This document shows positions 46,005 through 60,230 of a DNA stretch of 64,000 nucleotides, in pieces (positions within the stretch are counted from its first letter, which is position 1; each line of letters opens with the position of its first letter). The DNA is taken from positions 27,720,437 through 27,784,436 of the forward strand of contig NC_092672.1 of assembly GCF_964355755.1 (NCBI RefSeq), in the 5' to 3' direction. Origin of the DNA: Antedon mediterranea (lineage: Eukaryota > Animalia > Echinodermata). The notes beneath the pieces were generated by a model. The model saw only the letters and a list, made by a program, of their open reading frames with translations. It was not told the origin of the DNA and searched no databases. The translations under genes and the position numbers were made by a program.

Positions 46005-46949
46005 TTTTTACCGGGTTTATGTTCTATTGAACATACTATCTCTATTTATGTCTTCTTCTTCTTTTAGGGAACATTTTAAAACGCTACTGTTTGCAGACGA
46101 TAACTCCGATTTTCTTAAATCTTTGTCAGTATGACTAGTACCAACTCCCATTTATGCAGTGTTATCGATTTTGGGGTCAAAGGTTACATATGGGTCAGTT
46201 TGGTCAAAATTTAAAACACTACTTGGTCTACAAATAATATAGTAAATAGTTCTCCTTATATTATTATGATACCTTGTCTTCAGGGTTTTAAATGAATTAG
46301 GATCAAAGGTGAGGAAGGGGGATAGTCTGGCAACATTTTAAAACGCTACAAATTGCAGACGTCAACTGAGATTTCATTCCCATTTGGTCAGTATGACTGA
46401 TACCTCCTCTAAGTTATGTAGTGTTTATAATTTGGGGTCGACGGTCACATAAGGTTCAGTATGGTCAAAATTCCACAAAATGAATATTTACACATAGGCT
46501 TATGTATTATTATACAGGGGTGTTAATGGAATTGTGATTTTAGAAGGTGTCACTAGACCAAAATAATGTATTCTCAGACTTATTTCAGCTTTTTGAAACA
46601 AGACTGTGTTAATGCAAACTATAATATAATAGGGCATACGTTCCACAAGTGTACATAATCTGTTTATAATAATAGAAAGTTAGGTAAAGGAATCATCTCA
46701 AAAGAGTAGAATTTAATTAGTTATATTGACATAATAACATAATATTGTATTTTACAATTTCAACGTTGATGTTAAACCATACCCATTCGGGGGCCGATGT
46801 ACCTAGAGTTGTTGAGTAAAAGAATACACATTGTTAACGATTGGGCTGATTTCAAACAAACTTAATTGGTCCATGATAAAAGCATAGGATTAAATACCAA
46901 ACAATTCCTCTTACTGGGTTTATGTACTATTGAACATATTATCTCTAGT
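46005..46949 (+). mobile_element. HINE-like element with about 260-bp internal core repeats
   Basis: Starts tttttaccggg with a TATGTTC-tatt-GAACATA hairpin and (ctt)n; similar hairpin near the 3' end, ending ctctagt; core repeats start at about 46071 and 46333. Confidence 0.55.
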
Positions 46950-47216
46950 TAAAGATGTATTGCCCCTTGAAACACAAAAAAGGTCAAAATATTATAAATT
47001 TAAATTAGCCATATCAAAGTAATATTAACGTCATTCACTTTAAGCCAAAAACAACAAGTTTACGTAATTAACAGGTAAATTAGTTTGATTGCATTTCGTT
47101 CCGTTTCGCAAGCGAAAGTAAACAAAGGTTTCAAACCACGAGTATGCATTGCATATGCTAAGTAGGATTGTTTACAACTCGCAGATCGTATAACGAAATT
47201 AATATTATAATATCTC

Positions 47217-48615
47217 TAGCAATTATACCCACTCCAGGGCAGGTTTCAAAATTAGTTTAAAGCCTTCTCAGTACATAACACCCGACGCCAGTATCTCCGT
47301 ATACGCACCAACCTCCGCCCCTTAATAACACCCCACACTCTTTCCAGTGAAGGACAAATTCAATTAAACTTTAGCTTCAAATTGAGAGGGCATACATAGC
47401 TATGATAGGCCTATGGCTTACGTACGTTGTAAACTGTGTAAATGAGTGGGTGTCATATTGGGCTGATAATTAAAATATATAATGTTGATACTGCGGTCTC
47501 CCGGCCTTCTTTCTCCTCTCACCATCGCAGCCGCAATCAACAAACCTTACTTTCTCCCCCTGGACAGTTCAAATGTGACCTAGTAAATTTTCGTTGTACA
47601 ATTCAATCATATAAGCCTAGGCTACTTCATTACGCCAGTATTTTCGCTCCTCCTCCCAACACACCCCAGAAACCGGGTGATGTTTTTAAGACGGTTCCAG
47701 TACAAATTATGTTAGCCATCACTTCCAACCCATAGTCCCTCAGTGGCAGTTTTCAAATGTAGTTTTAAACATTCCCAGTTTCGGTCATGGTGATAGGGCT
47801 ACATCCCCACCCCAAAATCCCAGCCGTTTCCCAGGAATAATTAAGCAAAATACCCACTATCAACTGAACCCCAACTCCCAAACAGTATCTCAAAACGCCC
47901 CTCTCCCACAATGGGCGTTTTTTCCTTGGAGGCATGGTGATGTAGTTGAACGATGTAGTTGAACACAGTAACAGTAAACAACCTGTGTATGTTCACACGG
48001 GAATGGATGTCTGTAATGAGAAAATCCAAGAGACCGATACATAGCTGGATATGGTTAAAATACTTTGCTAAATGTGTAATTGAATAGGTGTCATATTGGT
48101 TAATGAATAAAATATGTATATCTATATCTATATTTCCCCAAACGCCTTGCTGAGGATAAATAAAATACTGTAAAACTTTTGTAGTATAATTTTACAATTC
48201 GATAGCCTACAACCCCGAGCCCTAGGAAAAATGACATCGCAAACCACCTAACCCCCCCCCCCCCCCCCACAAAATAACCAGGAGTCGGGGGGAATTTTTT
48301 AAAATGTAGTTTAAAACCTTCCGGGTACAATTGCCATCATTTTGATAACCCATACGTATGGTTACGTGCAGAAACAGAAATTTGTATAACGAACAAACAT
48401 CGAAAGTGGGGGTTTGACCACATTTTGGTCCCTAACTTGGATCCTAGGAGGCGGATGATGTTACAATATAGCTTAGAACATTTCCGGTACAATTGCGGTC
48501 ATTTTGATACCCCATATGTAAGATTACGTGCAGTAACAAAAATTTGTATAACGAACAAACAAACACACAGACAGACACACAGACAGACGTACAAACTCTC
48601 TCACTTATAATATCT
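47217..48615 (-). mobile_element. Non-autonomous Helitron, copy 1
   Basis: Reverse complement of 49480-50794; CTAG end with hairpin at 47217; 5' end with microsatellite near 48560-48615. Confidence 0.75.
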
Positions 48616-49295
48616 ACTAGCAATTATACCCGCCCCAGGGCGGGTTTCAAAATTAGTTTACAGCCTTCTCAGTACATAACACCCGACGCCAGTATCTGTC
48701 TATACTCGCCAACCTCCACCCCTCTTCAATAACACCCCATACTCTTTCTTAAAAACAAATTCTTCCCAGTGATGGACAAATTCAATTCAACCTAAGCTTC
48801 GAATTGAGAGGAGTATGCATAGCTACGATGGGTCTAATAATGGTTAAATGGTACGTTGTAAATTGTGTAAATGAATAGGTGTCATATTGGCTGATAATTA
48901 AAATATGTAATTTAGATACTGCGGTCCAACAGCCTTCTTTCTCCTGTCACCACCCCAGCCACCATCAACAAACCTTAACTCCTCCCCTGGACAGTTCAAA
49001 TTTAGTAACTTTTCCTAGTACAATCCAATCATATAGGCTACTTCATTACGATAGTATTTTCGCTCCTCCTCCCCCTACTACACTACACCCCAGTACAAAT
49101 TATGTTATTATCCCTCAGTGGCAGTTTTCAAATACAGTTTCGGTCATGGTGATAGGCCTACATCCCCACCCCAAACTCCCATCCGCTTCCCAGGGATGAT
49201 TAAATACTTTAACATCTCCCAACCACAATTCTGGTGTAAGCAAAATCCCCTGAACCCAAACCCTATCTCCCAACCCCACTCTCCCACAATTGACG
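48616..49295 (-). mobile_element. Non-autonomous Helitron, copy 2 (3' part, head-to-tail with copy 1)
   Basis: ctagcaattatacccgccccagggcgggt terminus abuts the 5' end of copy 1; interrupted at a T-run at 49296. Confidence 0.72.
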
Positions 49296-49470
49296 TTTTT
49301 TACTCGGGGTACCCGAGTCTAGTACTTACTCATTTTCTCCTTCTCTTCCTCCATCTGGACACTATTGAGTAAAAAGCGCGATTTTTTAAGTACTACTCCT
49401 CCCTTATTCGTTATAGTATTGAGCTGGGATTTGGCATGAACATACTACAGGGACATGTCCTCAAAGCTAT
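49296..49470 (+). mobile_element. 5' fragment of another HINE-like element
   Basis: ttttttACTCGGGgtaCCCGAGT palindrome inserted in a T-run, followed by a CT-rich tract. Confidence 0.45.
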
Positions 49471-49479
49471 AGAGCTATA

Positions 49480-50794
49480 TCTATATTATAAGTGAGAGAG
49501 TTTGTCTGTCTGTTTGTTTGTTTGTTCGTTATACAAATTTTTGTTACTGCACATAATCTTACATATGGGGTATCAAAATGACCGCAATTGTACCGGGAAT
49601 GTTCTAAGCTATATTTCAACATCATCCGCCACCTAGGATCCAAGTTAGGGACCAAAATGTGGTCAAAACCCCCACTTTCGATGTTTGTTCGTTATACAAA
49701 TTTCTGTTTCTGCACGTAACCATACATATGGGGTATCAAAATGATGGCAATTGTACCCGGAAGGTTTTAAACTACATTAACAAAAATTCCCCCGACTCCT
49801 GGGGTTTTTGTGGGAGGGGTGGGTGGTGTGGTGGTTTGTGATGTCACATTTTTGCTAGGGCTCGGGGTTGTAGGCTATCGCATTGTAAAATATATACTAC
49901 AAAAGTTTTACAGTATTTGAATTATCCTCAGCAAGGCGTATATAGATATACATATTTTATTCATTAACCAATATGACACCTATTCAATTACACATTTAGC
50001 AAAGTACTTTAACCATATCCAGCTATGTATCGGTCTCTTGGATTTTCTCATTACAGACATCCATTCCTGTGTGAACATACACACGTTGTTTACCGTTACT
50101 GTGTTCAACTACATCACCATGCCTCCAAGGAAAAAAAGTATTTAATTATTCATGGGAAGGGACTGGGAGTTTGGGGTGGGGATGTAGGCCTATCACCATG
50201 ACCGAAACTGTATTTGGAATGTTTTAAACTACATTTGAAAACTGCCACTGAGGGATTATGGGTTGGGAGTGATAATAACATAATTTGTACTGGAACCGTC
50301 TTCAACAAATCACCCAGTGTATCTGGGGTGTGTTTGTAGGGGGAGGTGGAAGAGCAAAAATATTGGCGTAATGAAGTAGCCTATATGCTTGGAATTGTAC
50401 TAGGAAAAGTTACTATATTTGAACTATCTAGGGGAGGAGTTAAGGTTTGTTGATTGTGGCTGGGGTGGTGAGAGGAGAAAGAATGCTGGGGGGCCCGCAG
50501 TATCTAAATTAGATATTTTAATTATCAGCCAATATGACACCTATTCATTTACACAATTTACAACGTACTTCAACCATTATTAGACCCATCATAGCTATGT
50601 ATACTCCTCTCAATTTGAAGCTTACGTTGAATTGAATTTGTCCATCACTGGGAAGAATTTGTTTTTAAAAAAGAGTATGGGGTGGTATTGAAGAAGGGTG
50701 GAGATTGGTGAGTATAGACAGATACGGTCCTCGGGTGTTGAGAAGGCTTTAAACTAATTTTGAAACCCGCCCTGGGGCGGGTATAATTGCTAGT
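49480..50794 (+). mobile_element. Non-autonomous Helitron, copy 3
   Basis: 5' TCTATATTATAAG..(gtct/gttt)n; 3' hairpin ACCCGCCC..GGGCGGGT followed by CTAG|T. Confidence 0.78.
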
Positions 50795-51151
50795 AGATCT
50801 ATAAACAGAATAAAATAAATTTCTCTACATTATCGGCGTTCTTTTAAAGTATATTTTACTGATGGCAGGTAATGTTTGTGCCGAAACAGATGTACGCTTA
50901 TGTATTAAAATGGAGTGAGTTGTATCACTTGTAATATTGTACTTACCAATATTTCATTCATCATTTTCATTCTTTGGTATGCCATACACAAGCAGCAAAT
51001 CATTCCACTTGCATTGTACAGCAGGTTGTGTGTGCGCAAATGGTTTGCATATTAATTGTGTTACAACGAAGAAAAGTACAACACGTGATGATGGATATGG
51101 AAGATTTACGGTAATGATAATGATGACGATGATAATGATTATGTTGAATAT

Positions 51152-51235
51152 AAGGCTTGGTTCCCACTAGAACCACGGATGTCGCTTGTTTTATTACGTC
51201 CTTGCGTTGCGCCTCTAGTGAAAACCATGCTTAAA
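51152..51235. mobile_element. PIF/Harbinger-like MITE, short copy
   Basis: aaggcttggttcccactaga..tctagtgaaaaccatgctt ends within a (GAT)n-rich tract. Confidence 0.5.
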
Positions 51236-51342
51236 TGATGTCAATGATATTAGGATGATTGTGATAGGACGATTGATGATTATGACAACGATAACGAAGA
51301 TGACAATGATTTGGAATTGGGATTGTTTGGCTTTGGTAAAAT

Positions 51343-51505
51343 TAAAGCCTGGTTCCCACTAAGACGCATCGCAAGGACGTATATGCAACGCGAGCGTATT
51401 GACCAATGGCAAGCGACAGTTTGAATAATCCATCGCTTGTTATTGGCCAACTCACTTACGTTGCGTTACGTCCTTGTGTCGCGTCTCTAGTGGGAACCAA
51501 GCTTT
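51343..51505. mobile_element. PIF/Harbinger-like MITE
   Basis: TIR aaagcctggttcccacta.gacgc / gcgtctctagtgggaaccaagcttt; related end near 60280-60307. Confidence 0.55.
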
Positions 51506-52507
51506 GTCAACGTTGGCATTGCGTATACACATCCTTGATTTGCGCTAACATGCCTATTACTATTATTTTCTGATGTTGATATAGTGTGGAAACGTGCTTA
51601 GCCACGTCTTCAACAATTAAATTGTGTGGCTTCATGAATTCAGGTAGTTCTCATCAACCTAATTATTGATTATCTATTTTTAAAGTCATTTTTAATCATC
51701 AAGTATCAATACAAACGTGTACACATGTCAAGTAGAATTTCTTTAATAATAATGTATTAAATATAAACTATTAGTAACACTATGTTTAAAAACATATCTG
51801 TAAAGCACACACAAATGAACAATTGTAATATTATTACAATTTTTAATAATAACGTTTAAGTTAAAATCATTCCTTAACTACACGCAGTTCCCAATTTCAT
51901 AAATAAGTATGCTGAGAGGTAGGTATGTAAAAGATAATTATAAATCTATTTATTCATCTAAAAAAAAAAAAAACAAGCGAGGAGTAAAAAATATTTGATA
52001 TATATATATTTACTTTTCTTCAAAACGAGCGCTAGAAAGTAGTAGAGTCATTGGTGACGTATCGCAGCTATACATAGCCAGCCAATCCCGGATCAGGGAT
52101 CGCAGTTTTCATTCGAATAGGCCCGGTAATTTTATGTGATGTGGATGACATAACCACTAGCCAATCACCAGGCACTACAATTTAAATATAATCACATCGA
52201 TAATTAAGGAGATTTATTAAGAAACTACTGCTTAGCCATATATTAAAAACACGATTCTTGTACTTGACACCACAAGACACGGTAACAACAGACATGTTCA
52301 TGTGCATAATTTAATATTCTATAGATTAACGCAATTTTTAATGACAGGAGGTGGCAGGCCAATATGTTAATTCAAATATAAAAATTGCATATTTTATTAA
52401 TATTACCAACTACTTAAAATTACCGGTCGTAAGAAAGTGAACTTTTCCTAGTCCGATTGTGATGAAATTAAAACAGCATTGTTCAGCAATATTTTGTTGT
52501 TGTCAAT

Positions 52508-55500
52508 AGACACGTTTCTCGCTCGCGACCAATCAGAAATAGTGGGTATAGATTTGTAAACAAACCGAACACCTCTCGCCTAGTGCGTGTTGAAGCATAG
52601 CGAAATGGCGACTGCCGAGTGCTTTTGTTGCAAGGTGCATCATAAATGTTGTATATGTTGGATAAATCGTGAATTTAACTACACAAAATCACTGAATAAT
52701 ATTCCTGTTTTTAATGTTCAAACACTTGCTGAGTGGTTTGCGTCGGCTCCGAAGGAGAGTGGCGCAAAATCTTGGAAATTTTTCAAGGAAAGGTACGTCC
52801 ACGATGTGCCACGGCTGTTTCAACGCACGTAATGCGCGACATTAAGTGTTTACAACGCGCTTTTCCTTTTATTCGCTAGCCGCGTGTTCTCGAACACTTT
52901 TTCATTGTTTCCATGCACCGCCGATACTTAGCAACGCTGCATAGTTCGTTTACTTCCTTAATGCATAATAATGCTTTTATATTTATACATGGAATTCTAA
53001 AATAATTAATAAAATGTCTAATATTGTTGATATTATTTGTTTTACTAAGTTTTCAAGAACATAAAATAATAAACATATTACGAAATTTGTGTTTGTAGAT
53101 AAAAATATCGCTACTTTATTGAAGGCCTTGCAATACAAAACAATCGACGAAATTAATATTTAAAGCGCCCTCAATTTACGGCAGAAATTTCGTCAGATTT
53201 ATCGTCTTCTCGTTCGTCCGTCGAATTTTTTTTCGGAGATTTGTTAAGAAAATAGTAATCTTAAACTATTTAGTTATCAACCTGCAAAATCCCAGTTTAA
53301 CGGCAAACCTGCAACTATGTTAAAATTAAGCATATAAAATGGCTATTTTAATCAATTTGTGATTCTTAGGCCTACTGTGTAGGTCTGATAGGCTTGGTGG
53401 GTGGACTTACACGGTCACAGTAGCCTACCTAGGCTAGTAATAGTAGTGAAGTAGGCCTACATTTTGTTAATTAGGCCTACATACAAAAATTGTGTTTTCA
53501 ACATAAAAGTAGGTCTTATACTTATTTTCATTATTATTACAATTTGTAACATGCCATATTTTTTAGGAAATGTATGGCTAGACCTATTTATAATAGAAAT
53601 TAATTTATTGTTTAGGCATCAAGTACAGTATCAGTATACCTACTATGTATGTCCCTATATTTATATAGATAATGGGCCTAGGCTGATAGGCATGATACTA
53701 AGTAGATATAGACTTGGAAATAACAAAAACATTGATTCAATATCCAGTTGATTGTATATTTTAAATTACATATATCACTTTATACAATATATTTACTCTA
53801 GTCTAATAAGAATATAATTTAATATTTTGTGTTAAAACTAAAAAACAATAGGCCTACAACAATAATTATAAAATGTCATCACAATCTAGATTAGCTTCAA
53901 AATATTAATATTTATATTTTAACGTAAATCTTTTCTTAGATAAATTTACATAATTCGATGAACTAAAGTCGAAATATGTCCGGTCTCGTGTCTATTTTCA
54001 GTCACTATTGACTTCATTGGAACTTTCTTCTATGAATGGATTAGTAATTGGAAGCATGAACACCAGTTGATAAAACAGTTCCATTTTGAGTTTGCAATCA
54101 TTCGTGAAAGGTGAAGTGAAGTCACACGTCCAAGGAATAAAGGTTTTCATCCTATAAAAAAAATTGTACGCAATCAATTGAAACTATTTTACACACGCTA
54201 TAATAATAATTCGCAAGCAGTGATGGTGCTGGAATATGCATACAAGGGGTCAACATGCGTGATGCAAAAATAAAAAAAATATTGATTTTGCCTTGCCTTT
54301 GTCGACTATAAATCATGACATAAATAGGCCAAGTCTTGAGTCGATGTCTATATAATATATGGCACTACTCTATAGTATGTACCTATATAGGCCTCGTATC
54401 GTACCATATAGGCTCAATAAATGTATTAATTATTGTTAAGTAGGCCTACGCTTCTAGGCCTGTATATATTATAAATAGAAATCTTTTATTTTTCTTGAAC
54501 ACCAAAAGCCTGAACTTATTTAATTAACAGATCCTGGCCATAGTAACTAGATACAACAGTCCCCCGAGTATAGGCTCTAGTGTGTTTAAAGCCCACCCAC
54601 CTACGTAAAACACGTGGGTTTAGCCATGAAACTTTGAATGAGTGGTAAACTGGGCCTAGATCTGCCGTTAAAACAATTTTAATTCTAGAGGTTCAACAAC
54701 TATTTAAGTACCCAAAAATGTTTATTTTGGTTCTTTAAAAAATTCAACAGACACGTGGTGCAATTTTTGCCGTAATCATAACAAAAAGCAACAAAAAAAC
54801 TATTAAAATATCTCATTATTTCAACTACTCACCACGACCAAAGTATCAAGCTTCGTGTCTCAAAATCGATTCCCACAACAACCAGGACATTCCTAATGAA
54901 TATTCATAAGAAATCTCACCGATTTCAACAACCAAAGGCTTCTGATTCGTTGATTAAATATGATGTAATTATTTTCGCTAAATAAAAACAAATTGTTTCC
55001 GCGTTTGTATAGCGCCCTCAATTTCGAAAATATTTAACTTTTACCGATAGAGGGCTCACTACTTTATGTCGCTCTGAAACAGCCGTGGTGCTCGTGTCTC
55101 TCCGCCCGCCCGGTGGCGTTGCCTGATGCGGTACTTCGTCTACTAGGCCTAGGAGGCTTGGGTGTCTGTTTAAGCGCCGAAGAACATCACATAATACATG
55201 GAAGATGCAATAGATGCATGAAGAAGAATGAAAGATAATAATTAATATATTTACGCAACATTTGTAAATAAAATCAACAGTTAACATGTATTAAATGCAC
55301 CGTAATATATATGTGTCAAACCAAAAATGACAATACATAAATAAAGTCGATGATTCCGAACCAAATGCCCAAATAATTCTACAGTGAATATAAAACATAA
55401 GTTTAGAAAATAAATAACATCCTTACCATGCCATTCCATCAAAAAGGCTAGTTTTGACGATTGCTTTTTAAGATGATCATCTCTCAGTTCTCCCATGCTT

Positions 55501-55587
55501 TAACATACCTCTCGCTGTGTTTGTTTACCATTGTATACCCACTAAAAGGTCAAACTGACGGTGACCTCGCGAGCGCGAAACGTGTCT
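52508..55587. mobile_element. 3.1-kb TIR element, ISL2EU-like, defective
   Basis: TIR AGACACGTTTCTCGCTCGCGA / TCGCGAGCGCGAAACGTGTCT flanked by AT; inward-facing ORF stubs at both ends (KSWKFFKERYVHDV on +; MVNKH on -). Confidence 0.62.
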
Positions 55588-56399
55588 ATTAATCATCGAC
55601 GCAGACATCTCAATAGAACAAGCAGACTAAGAATATGATTTCTACATGGCTACGTTTTGTTCTAAAAAAATGTAACAGTTGATTCGTTGGAAAATCATTT
55701 GATGTCACTGTCGATGCATATCCTTCTATTCCTTAATCCATGATTATACTGGATAAGTTTAGAGCTTAGAGTTTTGATCAAACAAGCGTGTGATGTATAT
55801 TTGGTACGTGAATTACATAATGGGGGTGATGAAGAGAACGTATTGAGAATACTTCCAAAATTATCAAAACGTTTTGGTATCGTTTACAAACGACAACGAG
55901 TTTAGCACTGTGCGCTACTGTACCCATTCAAGATATGTTGTCCCCCTACATTTTTATTTTTACATTTTTTTTTAATATGCCATTTTAATGTCACATAATA
56001 GTTATTCACCTTTTCCTGAAAAAAAGTAATTTGAAATTAACCGTTTCTTTTTTCTATTCATAAGTGAAATAATTATTTTATTTGTCTCTTTTGTGGCGCA
56101 AACACCACTTTTATTCACATTCATATTATCTCATGTCATTACATAAAATCATATTATTTAAACATTTTTGTTAATTCTAAATGTCGTTACAATTCATCAG
56201 TAACATTTTTACATTTATGAATTCCGTATTACCTCCATTTTTCATTAATTTTCTTATATTTTTCTATACACTTGAACAATGATCATCATTAGCATCTGTC
56301 TTGTTTTAAAATATTTTACACATAAAGAATTTGTGAGTTTTTCATTTGTTTGTTTTCATTTTACAACCCGGAGATTATACAATGTATTTATATACAAGA

Positions 56400-59300
56400 T
56401 AAAACGAAATAAAAATCATAATAGATCAGTACCACCTGTAACTCGTATCACAGTAATTCATTTTCTGATAAATCGTATCAAAATTAGAAATTATATTAGC
56501 CTAATTGTATTTCTTAAAGCTACCCATTTTTCTATACTTGTTTCTTTATATTTATATGTTTCACATTCAATGTTATAATTATAGCATGCTTATAAATGAA
56601 TTCCATAAAGATTTACCCACTGGCTTATTTAATGCTGATAACATTTGTATTCTATAGTGAGGCTGCAAATGTGTAAATATAATCTACTAGCTACGTTCCA
56701 AGTATTAATTTCTTAAATGATATATTATCGTGGTTTAAACTTACAAAGATACTAAGCATTTTCCTCCAAAATTTATGAATAAATCTACAACTAAAAAACA
56801 AATGATTTCTCCACATTTGCCACACGTTTGTGTTTCTTTAACTTTCCACTGATAAAGCCGTTTGTTGGTAGGCAGTATTCTATGTAACATCTTATAATTG
56901 AATTGTGCTAGTTACTTATCCTTCATTTTACATACTTTCCGTAACCAAGATGTTTTCCAATCTATGTTGTTATCATTGAAGTACTCTTCCCAATTTAGTT
57001 GTGACATTGGAATAATGAAATATTCTTTCACAAACCATGAGTATATTTGTTGTAGTATTACTCTCATATTTGTTCTTAACTAACTCATTATTATCATTTG
57101 AAAATATCTGCATCCTTAATAATACGTTTCCACTGAATTGGTATTGCCTTAATAATGCACAAATACTCATTTAACCAGTTTGTTTTACATTGTAGTTTCA
57201 CCAGTATTATATTTGATGTTAAAAAAGTGTTCTTATTAACAATGTCTTTAATACGAATAATGCCACTCGCTTGTAGAAAAGCGATTTATGTTTTAGTTTA
57301 ACGTAGTGGTTTCCCCACAGTTGCTCATTCATTATATCGTTATAAGTTTCAGGTTTTTTTTTTAGAGATTATGTTATAATTTATATAGGCTGTTATCATA
57401 TTTTTGTAAAACAGTGGAATATTATCTGAATTAACATCAATAATATTATAACATGATATTTTAAGTAAAACATTAAAATCACATATTGTTTTAATATAAT
57501 ACATTGGAATACTTTTCCATTTAGCACCATCATAATTTATAATTCCTTTTAACCAGGCGCCACACATGAGTGCGCTAACATGAAGAGTAAAATCAGGCAT
57601 TTTAATCACCAATTAGAGTTTTTCTTTTTATCTTTTTCCTTTTATTATTCCAGATAAAATTTCATATTAGATTTGTAACTTGTGTACATATTTTGGAACA
57701 TCAGTGATATTTGCAGCATGTGTTAATTTGGATAGTGCAGGACTTTTTATCTTCATAGTCATCTTTGTTTCTTATTCTAGATGCCATTACCTCGACCACT
57801 AAAATAAATAACAGAGCAGACAGAGGACAATCTTGTCTAATACCTCTTTCCATTTTAAAATTGTTTGAAAGCCTATCATTGTTAATTGTGACACATTCAA
57901 CGTTATTATATAACACTTTTACCCACTTACAAAAGAACATTTAAAAGTCAAACTTTTCTAGAACATCGAACATAAAATATCTACTAATAGAATCAAAAGC
58001 CTTCTAATCTAAGGTAATTATTGCCTCTTCGATATCATTACATTCTGTATAATAAAGCAGGTCTTCTATTAACCGAATGTTTTCACCGACGAAACGGCCT
58101 TTATATAGCCTTTTTGATCTGAACTTACTATAGATTTATTTAATAACCATTTTATGTCTATTGCTTAATACATGTGCAAGAATTTGTAATCAGTGTTTAG
58201 GAGGGTAATGGGATGCCAATTATTCAAATTTTCTCTTTCTCCATCCTTGAACAAATAGGTGATTATACCTCGTTTTTGAGAAAAGGATAATTCTTGAGAA
58301 TTAAAACTTTCATTCAAGCAGCATCGCAAATTAAATGTATATTATATATAATACATAAAATTCAACACTTAGACCATCCGATCCTGGTGTTTTATTTTTT
58401 TCCATCATTAAAAGGGCCGGGCCTTTTTACATTCATCTATAGTGACATAACCTTCACAATTTTCTTTTTCTATTTCTGAAAGCTTGTTTATATTAGATTT
58501 ACAAAGATGTGTCTTAATTTTTTCAGAGTTTATGACATTTTTTGCGTATAAACCTTCGAAATGTTGTATTTGTTCTTTTAAAATATCAATTGAGCTCGTT
58601 ACTAAGCTCACATCTTTAGTAATTAAACTTTTTATGTGTTTATTTTTACTTTTGGATTTTTCTAACCCAAGAAAATATTTTGTATTCCGCTCGCCTTCCT
58701 CGATCTATTTTACTCTGGACCTAATTTGCGCGCCTTTTGCTTCTACATTATAAATGTTTTCAAGCTCTATTTTTTTGTTTTAAATTTTATTTTCAATGGT
58801 TATATATGTTTTTACAAGCTCCCATAAAAACCTTGCACTTATAGGTTCTTATTCTTATTATTCTTTAGTATTGAAACATCGATTATTTCAATTAATAATT
58901 TTGTAAATATTTTATCTTTCAGGAAGCTATTGTTGAACATCCATAAACCAGGACCGCGTATTTTTGTCATGCAAATATATTTTAATTGATACCGCCTGGT
59001 GATCAGGGAGAATAGCTGGACGAATTTCACAGGCTAAAACATCTCCATTTGAAAAGAGATCTTCTGATATTAATCAGTAATCCAGCCTACGAAAAATATT
59101 GTTAAATTTTTGCGCCACGTAAACTGTCGCTTATTCATGTTTTTGGATCTCCATCTCCAAATATCATTTAAATTTAAATTTTTCATTAGGTTTTTAATCG
59201 TAAAAACAGATTTATCAGACCTGTTTGCGCTACCCTGTTGGTCAATGTCACTATTCATGATGCAATTCAGATCTCCACCTAGAATGATAGAATTACCATT

Positions 59301-60230
59301 CCCTCTATCAAAGTCATTGTACCATTTGTGTATGGTCTTAAATAACGCACTTCTATTTTTGCTTTCATAAATATTTATAATGTCCAATGCTTTTTCATTT
59401 ATCGTTAAATTAACCTTCCAAAACAAAATTTGATTTATTAGGTATTTCATTTGTTAGATGGGTTTCCTGAAGCAGACATATTTTTGGGTAATTTATGTTA
59501 CTGATTAAAATTTCTAGCTCTAACTTTTAGTGTTATACAATGTAAATTCATAAGATTAGAGTAAAGATCTTCACAAGGAAATTACAATACTTAGAATACA
59601 TATTATTAAGATTAATCTATTTGTTTTTGTTTCTCTTTCTTAAACTTCTTTTTTTCAATACTCTTTGTTTTTTCTTCTGTCCTACCTTCATTTTCGGACT
59701 ATTCCTTCGGAGCTCTCGCTGCTTTCTTGTTTCTGCAACACTTCTACATTTTTGCATACTTTTTTCAAAGTAGTTAGTTACCTTCTTCTGTTCATGATCC
59801 TCTCTTTTCTCACAACTTCCTGCTCCTCTCTTTCCTTTGCTTTCTGCTCCATTCTTTCCTCTACTTCCTGTTCATCTCTTTCTTCAACTTCCTGCTTCTT
59901 TCTTTCGTCCACTTCCTGCTCCTCTATTTCGTCTAAAATAAACAAATAATTATTGTTATTGATTTTTAATTTTATTAAAACTGCAAAATGGCCTTTTCAA
60001 AGTCTGATTTTATTAGTATTTATTTTTTAGGTTTTTGAGGGACAATACATCTTGAACAATATCCTTTTTTGGACCGATGCTTTCTTCAACCAGCTCTTTT
60101 TCTAACTTTAGATTTTAGCTTCATTCCATAATCTCCAGCATAATCTCCTTCTTTCTCCACTGTGCGCCTCCAAGTTGTTTTGTTACTCGAGAAATAACAT
60201 TTTCGACGTCCGGATCAGTAGTCATGAGAT
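56400..60230 (-). mobile_element. Decayed L1/Tx1-clade non-LTR retrotransposon
   Basis: Broken ORF2: APE-type IILGGDLNC..LNDIWR..FTW, RGPGLWMFNNSFL, GAQIRSR..EEGERNTKYF, NWHPITLLNTDYK, RT GIRQDCPLSALLF, KMPDF; E/K-rich ORF1 remnant 59600-60230; many stops and frameshifts. Confidence 0.85.

Noticed and set aside
47442-49841. Pro-rich ORFs in the Helitron cluster as captured genes
   Set aside because: Frames are not conserved between the three copies and no domain motifs or Rep/helicase remnants were seen.
56400-60230. Active retrotransposon or host gene in the LINE region, including plus-strand ORFs such as 59665-59949
   Set aside because: ORF2 is fragmented by stops and frameshifts; the plus-strand ORFs are antisense shadows.
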